64,000 bases of DNA from a virus. Shown here piece by piece: positions 56,988 to 64,000 of the stretch. Location of the stretch: positions 35,214 through 99,213 of IMG/VR virus record IMGVR_UViG_3300032242_002232; one strand, given 5' to 3'. The first letter of the stretch is position 1, and the number at the start of each line of letters is the position of its first letter. The notes below the pieces were generated by a model. The model was not told the DNA's origin and did not search any database. It was given only the letters and a program-made list of their open reading frames with translations. The position numbers and the translations under genes are program-made.

Positions 56988-57493
56988 CCAACAATGAAAT
57001 TGATTACGGTATAGATCCTCTTGGTCGTCACCGGTTTTGGGGCATTTACTCCGGAAAAGTTGTAGATATTAAAGATCCTCTTAAAAAAAGTAGGATTAAA
57101 GTGACGGTAGACCAACCTTTTGGTACTTCTAAAACTAATTGGGCTGAAGCTTGCCTTCCTATTACGTCCAACTCAAATCATCCTGATCATGAGGAGCACA
57201 CTGCTGCGGATATAGCTGCTCTACTAACTACCTCTTCTAAACAGATTACAGATTCCCGAGGGGACACGGCAACAGTCCCAGCCTTGACTATCGTAGCTAA
57301 AAACTCCAATACGCTAGACCATGCCCACAAAACAACTTACAGTTCTTCCGAGAAATGGAACGATTCTCAAGAGACTAACACGACAGATGAGCATACACCC
57401 CATAGAATTATCCCTAGAGTTGGTCAAGAAGTTTGGATTATGTTTATATCTGGAGACCCTGAATACCCTGTCTGGATTGGAGTAAGGCCTTGA
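56984..57493 (+). CDS. Baseplate spike protein (gp5/gpV OB-fold)
   Basis: GIY.GKVV...DP....RIKV.V; WA; P.VG.EVW.MF..GDP.YPVW.G. Confidence 0.8.
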   Translation: MTNNEIDYGIDPLGRHRFWGIYSGKVVDIKDPLKKSRIKVTVDQPFGTSKTNWAEACLPITSNSNHPDHEEHTAADIAALLTTSSKQITDSRGDTATVPALTIVAKNSNTLDHAHKTTYSSSEKWNDSQETNTTDEHTPHRIIPRVGQEVWIMFISGDPEYPVWIGVRP

Positions 57494-57903
57494 GTTACAT
57501 CTCTTACCCATTTACCCTAGACGCTATTGGAGTTTTAGGCACTACAGATCTAGTGTCTAAAATCTATGAAGACAGACTACTTACACTACTTTCTACCCAA
57601 GTTGGTCAAAGACCTATGCGACCAACCTACGGGATAGATCTATCTCGGGCATTCTTTGAAAACGAGTATATTGTTGATGGCGGAAACGTAACAACATTTA
57701 AAAAAGCCGTAACTGAAGCCATTAGAAACGCGGCTCAAACTTGGCTCCCAGACATAACAATTGATGATGTAATTGTAGGTAACCCTAGTATTGACGGTAT
57801 AGCTTCTCTTGAGATTCTTATTACTGTGCCTGGAAGCATATCTACAAGCTTAAATACAACCACAGCCATATTTGGCAATGACGGAACTATAACGAGGCAA
57901 TAA
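57490..57903 (+). CDS. Baseplate wedge gp25/GPW protein
   Basis: LL.T..G.R.MRP.YG.DL...F; AI...W.P. Confidence 0.85.
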   Translation: MSYISYPFTLDAIGVLGTTDLVSKIYEDRLLTLLSTQVGQRPMRPTYGIDLSRAFFENEYIVDGGNVTTFKKAVTEAIRNAAQTWLPDITIDDVIVGNPSIDGIASLEILITVPGSISTSLNTTTAIFGNDGTITRQ

Positions 57904-59450
57904 TGAGCGAAATTCAAATCGATTACACTTCAAGAGACTACGAGTCGCTTAAAGCTGACATGATTTCTTTGGTCAGCTATACAACAGGTAAGAACTGGGT
58001 ACCTAACGATGCTTCTGACCTAGGTAACGTTCTTCTTGAGGCATTTGCCATGATGGGCGACATCATGTCTTATTACACAGACCGTGTAGCTAATGAGACG
58101 ACAGTCACAACCGCTGTGCAGACAGATACGTTGCTTGGTTTTGCGTCCCTGTACGGATTTAAAGCATCAGGACCTATGCCAGCATCTGTAGACGTTCAGT
58201 TTACAAATATTAGTAATCAAACTATCGATTTGCCTTCAGGAACTCAAGTTATGGCCCCGTTAACTTACGGGCCTTACTCTCAAGCTTACTTTGAAACAAA
58301 TACCGGATATACCGCTATTCAGCCAAATCAAACAATCACAATTACATGTACTGAAGGTAAAACAGTAAATACTGACCGAGAAGACTACATTGATGCCGTT
58401 TACCATCAAGCTCTTCCTTCAAATATTGGTACTTCTGACGGCTCGGCTTCTCAACAGATTAAGATCATTGATACAGATATTATCGATGACTCATTAACCG
58501 TGTATGTGGGTCAAGGAATTGCCTTTGCTCCATGGAAATATGTGGATACTTTGTTAGAATACGGCCCAACAGACCTAGTATTTACCACACAGCAAAACTC
58601 TGACGCAACCCTGACAGTTATATTTGGTGATGGCGTAAACGGATCTATTCCACCAAGCGGTCAGCTCATCAGTGCGTTGTACAAAAACAGCGTTGGAACT
58701 TATGGAAATATTATTTCAGGAGCTATTTCTGAAGTATCTTTTATTCCAGGAAACATTGATCCAGAAGCAGTTACCTGGTTTACCGTAACAAACCCATCTG
58801 CTGCAATCGGCGGTGCGGATGCAGATAATGTCTCTCAACTTAGAAAAAAGATTAAGTCTGCAATTATTTCTCGTCGTAGAGCAGTAACCTTAGCGGATTA
58901 CCAATACCTATCTGAGCAGGTTACTGGGGTTGGTCGTGCTAATGCTGCCGCGGGTGTCTATAGCCTTGTAAACGTATATATGCAGCCTCAAGATGATGGA
59001 ACTACTACCCCAGGGTTGGTGTCTGGAATTGCTACAAATTCATGGAACAACCTAGCTGCTAAAGTTAATACTTACCTTGCAGATAAAGTGCAGGTAGGTG
59101 TAACAGTAAACGTTCTTCCACCGGCTTATGTTCCTATTTACTTAACCGTAAATGTAACAATCAACAACACATATAGACAAAATGTAGTTAAGCTATCTGT
59201 CTTTAAATCTATGCTTGATTCTGCTACCGGATTGTTTTCCTACACAAACAATAAATTTGGAAGATCAATTCCTTTATCGTCTGTAATTGCAGCGTTATCA
59301 AACATTGACGGTGTAGCCTCAGTAGATGTAACCCAGTTTAATACTGATGCAACTGCTACAGCTGTTTCAGTTAACTTGAGCCCAAATCAAATTCCATACC
59401 TACTAGCAGCTAATTTAAATATAAATATTAGCGGCGGAATTAACCTATAG
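57903..59450 (+). CDS. Baseplate J/gp6-like wedge protein
   Basis: IDYTSRDYES, D.G..LLE.FA, Y.DR.ANE, FGDG..G.IP, GGAD, RAVT..DY. Confidence 0.92.
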   Translation: MSEIQIDYTSRDYESLKADMISLVSYTTGKNWVPNDASDLGNVLLEAFAMMGDIMSYYTDRVANETTVTTAVQTDTLLGFASLYGFKASGPMPASVDVQFTNISNQTIDLPSGTQVMAPLTYGPYSQAYFETNTGYTAIQPNQTITITCTEGKTVNTDREDYIDAVYHQALPSNIGTSDGSASQQIKIIDTDIIDDSLTVYVGQGIAFAPWKYVDTLLEYGPTDLVFTTQQNSDATLTVIFGDGVNGSIPPSGQLISALYKNSVGTYGNIISGAISEVSFIPGNIDPEAVTWFTVTNPSAAIGGADADNVSQLRKKIKSAIISRRRAVTLADYQYLSEQVTGVGRANAAAGVYSLVNVYMQPQDDGTTTPGLVSGIATNSWNNLAAKVNTYLADKVQVGVTVNVLPPAYVPIYLTVNVTINNTYRQNVVKLSVFKSMLDSATGLFSYTNNKFGRSIPLSSVIAALSNIDGVASVDVTQFNTDATATAVSVNLSPNQIPYLLAANLNINISGGINL

Positions 59451-59458
59451 GAGAAAAA

Positions 59459-60028
59459 ATGACAGCTACGTTCCCCTCATCCGTCCGTAATTTTACCGCA
59501 AAGGTAGATATTCAAGACACAATCCTTGCGGATCACGTAAACTCACTACAAGACGAAGTTCGTGCTGTAGAAACAACCATTGGCACTTCGCCCTTAACTT
59601 CTGTATATACAGGTACTTTTTCTCAAACAGCTACTTGGCCGACTCTTAGTGCAAGACTTGCAAATATTGAATATGGGCTTGTAAATGGAACAGGATCTGG
59701 AACGGCTTATGTAGGCATTAGTGGGGGGTCTACAGTTACGGCTAGTGCCGGATTAGTTGGCTTAACCCTTCAAAATGTTTCTGGTAACTTGAGCAACATT
59801 ATAAGTACAAAGACCAGCGCGGGCGCTATTGGCTTTAACGTAGACTATAATGGTATTCCTAAAGTAGGAACATACAACGTTCTTTATGTAAACAGCTCAG
59901 ACTACACAACTCTTGCAGCAACAACAGCTACAGCTTTAAGTACTGCTAACGCAGCTTCTGCTGCAGCAACGGCTGCTGCGGCACAAGTTTCAGCTTCTAT
60001 TCATCCTTTCTTATTGTCAGGAATGTAG
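59459..60028 (+). CDS. Baseplate-associated fibre anchor protein
   Basis: FP.S...F..K.D......A.H.N.LQDE..A.E; C-terminal HPFLLSGM. Confidence 0.6.
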   Translation: MTATFPSSVRNFTAKVDIQDTILADHVNSLQDEVRAVETTIGTSPLTSVYTGTFSQTATWPTLSARLANIEYGLVNGTGSGTAYVGISGGSTVTASAGLVGLTLQNVSGNLSNIISTKTSAGAIGFNVDYNGIPKVGTYNVLYVNSSDYTTLAATTATALSTANAASAAATAAAAQVSASIHPFLLSGM

Positions 60029-60038
60029 GATTTAAAAA

Positions 60039-63000
60039 ATGGCAAAGTATGGTGCCGGAGTATATGGAGTATCCATATATGGCGAAAGACAGGTTAGCTA
60101 CACCTATTACTCATCGGGTATTAGGTCGCTTTCCTATACCTTTGGAACGGTATCTCTTTATTGGAACTCTATTACAGCTGATCCTGTAGACCCAACCCCT
60201 ACTCACTGGCGTTTAATTAAAAGCTACAGCGGAACCCCAGATAATCCTCTTGACGGTGAGCTTTTAGATGGCGATACGTACGCCAGATTTAGAAACACCT
60301 ACATTGATTTTGCGGCAGGCACGGAAAATAAGCAAGTCAACTACTCTATTTGGCTTTTTAATGGGGTTAAGTGGGCTTATTGCGGAGACACCAGTGCGAT
60401 TGTTGTTAAGCAGACTAATACGTTTGAGCTTGTAGCAAAATGGTTGCCAAAAGCTTGGTTAAACTCAGCTAACGGCATTGGTGAGGCTTTGGGTGAATAT
60501 GACGCCTCAGACCTAACTAAAACCCTCTCTGCTTATACTTTTGAGTATGATAAATTTAAAGCTGAGCTAGATATTCTTCAAAAGAGCTCGTCTCTTTATA
60601 CTGTTCATAATAGCCTTCTTCCAGCTCAAATGGATCAACTTGGTTTTAACTATGAACCTGCTTTGGGTGACACCTACCACAGAGCTTTATATAAAGCTGG
60701 AAATGTTATTAATAACATTAAGGGAACAGCAAAGTCAGTAAATGCTTATGTAACGGGCTTAACACACTTAGGAACACAGGTAACTACTGGTCATAACCTA
60801 ATGCTTGACTATAACGACTCTTCGTTTGAAGAATCCGTAGGTCGTTGGGTTGTTAGCGCAGGAACGCTTACGGCTAGAAAATACCAAACATCAGCTGCTG
60901 ATATTGGGGTTGCTGTATCTGCTCCCGTACCTTACGTATATGACACACTCTATCCTTACAGAGCTCTTGGCTATGCTACCTGGGTAATACCTTCCGCAAC
61001 CCTTACTGCAACAACTTCTCTTCCTGACAGTACATTTGCTGCAAACCTATATGGGATACCTGTAACAGAAAAAACAAGATATCTATTTACTGGTTGGGTA
61101 AAAGCTTTAGGAACAGGCGCATCTATAAGCGTTCAGCTTAAATGGTATGACAGTAATGGAATATACCTAAGCTCTAATACGGTTTCTGCATCACAACCTA
61201 TCACCACTACTTGGGCAGAGTTTACCTCTAAGTCTGATTCTGGTCGAAACGGCCAACTAGCACCAGCTAATGCGGTATTTGCCACAGTTACTGCCACAGT
61301 AACTAAAACTTCTCCCGCTGTAACTATTCTTTTTGACCTATTTCAGCTTGCTGAAGCATCCTTAAGCCTTGAGTATGAAGATGCACGCCGTGTTCGTGTA
61401 TACCTTCAGGGAGAACGTGAAAACTTACTTTCTAACCCATCATTTGAGCAGGGTATTACCGGATGGACAGCTTCAAACAACGGATCTTTTGCTCAAGATC
61501 CTACGGTTTATAGTACGGCTATTTTTAACGGAGCTTGTTTGGGAGAACTTACAGTTCTTGGATCCGGAACAGCGTATGTTACTTCAGACTGGTTCCCAGT
61601 AACGCCGGGGCAAAACTATACATTCAGTGCATATGTGTCCAGTGAATACCAAAACTTTGGTCGTGCAATCCCTAGAATGGAATTCTCAAATAGAGAGTCT
61701 GTAGACCTTCAAACACGTATTTTAACTGATGCCGATGGACAATATTACGATAATACTGCGTATTACGTAGATGGTAATAGCACTTTCTTAAACCCGCCAG
61801 CTACAACCTACCCAATTACATCTGCGTCTAAAAACTCTGCAGGAACAACTATTACATATACATCTGTAGGCCATAACCTATCTGTGGGAGAAGCTGTAAC
61901 TATTACCGGTCTAACACCCGCTGCTTACAATATTGTCGGTGCTTTTGTTGCAAGTATTCCTACCGCGGACACCTTTACGGTACAGAGACAAGCTGCTCCA
62001 ACAGACTTTACAAACCTTTATTTTGGTAAGACTATAACCCCAATTACTGTTGCTTTTACGTCTGCTACAAACGGCCTTGCAACTGTAGTAGATCAGTATT
62101 TAGTTGGAACTCCCCCTCAATATGTGGCTCAATTACGTCGAATAAGCGTTACAGGTATTGCACCTCAATATACTCGTGACTCTGGAACACCTATGGCTAA
62201 GGTTTCTTTGTATTTTCCTGATGCTTGGGCTGGTGCTGGGGTTAATGCGGCAAACTTCCCACCAACTGTTTGGATTGATGGTCTTCAATTCTTACCTAGT
62301 ACAACTGTTCAACCATTTTTTGATGGTGATGGTGCCCCTGCCCCAACAAATCCTGTAGTAGATTATTTTTATAGTTCTGACGATACCTTTTGGGAAACCA
62401 AAAACGTATATAACCTGGTACAAAACCCAAGCTTTGAAACAGCTTCTAACTGGAATATTACTGGCGGTACTTTTGTAATCAACTCTGCAACAGATAACGC
62501 TAGCGGTGGCAGAGTTGTAGTAAAAGACGGTAACTATGGTTTAGTAACGTTTAATGAAACTTTTGGTCCTAGATACGGTTCTGGAATGGGTCAAATAAAC
62601 TACAACCCATTTGGTCCATCAGGATTTACATTAACTACAACTATCTACCTTCCTTCACCAGCTATTGGTGGTGAAGATATGGTTGTATCTGCCTATATTC
62701 GTGGAGCAGAGGGTATTTATACAATTGGTACTAGTGGTTCCGGCAAGACAACATCAACAAGAACTGAAGTAGTTCAACACGACCAGTATCAGTGGATGAG
62801 AATTCACGACGTTCGTCAGCTTCTCCAAGGTGAGACGTCCTTTACTATGTCAATTGCTTTTGTACCCCCTACTGGGTTTAACTACACACTAGCCCCTACA
62901 AGCGCTGTTTATATCGATGGTGCTCAAGCCGAATACGGACGTATTGCTGGTAAATTTGTTAATCCCTCAGATCCTGGGGTAGGAACACTTCCAAACCCAT

Positions 63001-63761
63001 CAAATCCTTCCACCAACATTTATGTAGCTCAGATTGAGAGTGCCCACGGAGGCAAGAGTTCTTATATCTTTAATTATGGCGTTAAGATGTCTAGACTTAA
63101 AAACTCTTTGTCTTTAGTTATGCCTCATGAGGCTACATGGTGTGTAAAGCCGGGAACACCTACATTAGACTACCCTGATCTAGATAAGTCTTTGATTCCA
63201 TCAGCTTCTTTTGAAAAGAATTTGGGAACTTGGACAGGAGTGTATTCTACTCTAAACAGGGTTATTTCTAAGGGAACTCTTGCGGGAGATTTTGCAACCC
63301 ATGGCGCTGCTTATTGCCTAGTTACAACAGCTGGAAGTTCTCAAAATAAAACATTCGGAATTACTACCGCACAAATACCTGTGTTTGGTGGAAATGGCTA
63401 TTACAGCTCTATTGCTTTGCGCCCTGCTAACTCAAGCTCATACGGAACGTACAAGCTTCGTGTTGACTACTACAGCGCGGGCGGTGCTGTAATTCCAGTT
63501 TATTATGGGCTTGTAGGCACTAACTATGTTTATAGCAACATCACTACTGTATTTACTGGGACTTACTCAGATGTTACAGATACATACCGACAAAAGGTAG
63601 TAACAATTTCCCACTTAGATAGGTGGGCATTTATGAACCTGGTTATGCCTGCGTACTCTACCCAGGGCGCTTCTTACGCGATTTTGACAGTAACCTTTAC
63701 ACCTGCTACATTTAATTCTTCACAAGCCTTCCATCTGGATAGGGTTGTATTTAGACAATAG
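60039..63761 (+). CDS. Baseplate wedge (gpI-like) protein with multiple CBM-like domains
   Basis: KGT..S...Y..G.T; repeated NL..NPSFE....W modules. Confidence 0.7.
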   Translation: MAKYGAGVYGVSIYGERQVSYTYYSSGIRSLSYTFGTVSLYWNSITADPVDPTPTHWRLIKSYSGTPDNPLDGELLDGDTYARFRNTYIDFAAGTENKQVNYSIWLFNGVKWAYCGDTSAIVVKQTNTFELVAKWLPKAWLNSANGIGEALGEYDASDLTKTLSAYTFEYDKFKAELDILQKSSSLYTVHNSLLPAQMDQLGFNYEPALGDTYHRALYKAGNVINNIKGTAKSVNAYVTGLTHLGTQVTTGHNLMLDYNDSSFEESVGRWVVSAGTLTARKYQTSAADIGVAVSAPVPYVYDTLYPYRALGYATWVIPSATLTATTSLPDSTFAANLYGIPVTEKTRYLFTGWVKALGTGASISVQLKWYDSNGIYLSSNTVSASQPITTTWAEFTSKSDSGRNGQLAPANAVFATVTATVTKTSPAVTILFDLFQLAEASLSLEYEDARRVRVYLQGERENLLSNPSFEQGITGWTASNNGSFAQDPTVYSTAIFNGACLGELTVLGSGTAYVTSDWFPVTPGQNYTFSAYVSSEYQNFGRAIPRMEFSNRESVDLQTRILTDADGQYYDNTAYYVDGNSTFLNPPATTYPITSASKNSAGTTITYTSVGHNLSVGEAVTITGLTPAAYNIVGAFVASIPTADTFTVQRQAAPTDFTNLYFGKTITPITVAFTSATNGLATVVDQYLVGTPPQYVAQLRRISVTGIAPQYTRDSGTPMAKVSLYFPDAWAGAGVNAANFPPTVWIDGLQFLPSTTVQPFFDGDGAPAPTNPVVDYFYSSDDTFWETKNVYNLVQNPSFETASNWNITGGTFVINSATDNASGGRVVVKDGNYGLVTFNETFGPRYGSGMGQINYNPFGPSGFTLTTTIYLPSPAIGGEDMVVSAYIRGAEGIYTIGTSGSGKTTSTRTEVVQHDQYQWMRIHDVRQLLQGETSFTMSIAFVPPTGFNYTLAPTSAVYIDGAQAEYGRIAGKFVNPSDPGVGTLPNPSNPSTNIYVAQIESAHGGKSSYIFNYGVKMSRLKNSLSLVMPHEATWCVKPGTPTLDYPDLDKSLIPSASFEKNLGTWTGVYSTLNRVISKGTLAGDFATHGAAYCLVTTAGSSQNKTFGITTAQIPVFGGNGYYSSIALRPANSSSYGTYKLRVDYYSAGGAVIPVYYGLVGTNYVYSNITTVFTGTYSDVTDTYRQKVVTISHLDRWAFMNLVMPAYSTQGASYAILTVTFTPATFNSSQAFHLDRVVFRQ

Positions 63762-63769
63762 AGGTTTCT

Positions 63770-64000
63770 ATGACCATTCTTATAGTTTCTGCTTTTGCGG
63801 TTGCGGCCTTGCTTACAGCTGTAGAGAGTTTGGTAATATCTCTTAATAAGTGGCGGGGTCTTGTAGCCCTAGCTTTAGGAATCCCTAGTTGCATTCTTAT
63901 GGGATGTGGTTTACGCTTCCTACCAGTTTATTCCCTAGCAGTGACATTCCTCAGTTTGACAATGTCCCTATTAGTAGAGCAGACTTTCACCGGAATCTCA
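63770..64000 (+). CDS. Membrane protein, partial (holin-like?)
   Basis: GAGG RBS; several hydrophobic segments; runs off the window end. Confidence 0.5.
   Translation, partial: MTILIVSAFAVAALLTAVESLVISLNKWRGLVALALGIPSCILMGCGLRFLPVYSLAVTFLSLTMSLLVEQTFTGIS

Noticed and set aside
47376-59450. Bacterial eCIS/tailocin locus
   Set aside because: Linked to terminase, portal and capsid genes, so it is a true phage tail
1-64000. CRISPR array, DGR/retron reverse transcriptase, integrase, stop-codon recoding
   Set aside because: No regularly spaced repeats, no RT or recombinase motifs seen, and genes are intact under the standard code

Overview
This 64 kb window is a segment of a large, apparently lytic, contractile-tailed (myovirus-type) dsDNA phage. 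The host is very likely an actinobacterium: the window has a WhiB gene, PASTA domains, a proteasome-beta/HslV-like gene, a host-type parS site and AGAAGGGA/GAAAGG ribosome-binding sites. The moderate GC content would fit freshwater acI-like hosts (inference). Positions 1-6.5 kb are a leftward early/accessory arm (MoxR-type AAA ATPase, WhiB, many small ORFs). Its intergenic spaces are rich in minus-strand RNA structure: a ~410-480 nt multi-domain ncRNA, tandem covarying pseudoknots and a T-loop hairpin. From 7 kb onward transcription is rightward: Hsp20, tRNA-Gln, HNH, an Ntn protease, basic proteins, terminase, portal, scaffold, N4-gp56-type capsid, and collagen and Gly-rich fibres. Next come a PASTA-Ig-repeat-Hint (intein-like) protein inside a cluster of modification enzymes (GT2-TPR, two 2OG-Fe(II) oxygenases, an APS-kinase/nucleotidyltransferase fusion, a sulfotransferase), then neck, sheath, tube, chaperone (+1 frameshift candidate), tape measure with M23 and transglycosylase domains, and baseplate genes. 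The best candidates for new biology are the virion hydroxylation/glycosylation/sulfation system around the self-cleaving Hint protein, and the structured ncRNAs. All protein calls come from motif recognition by eye, not database searches.
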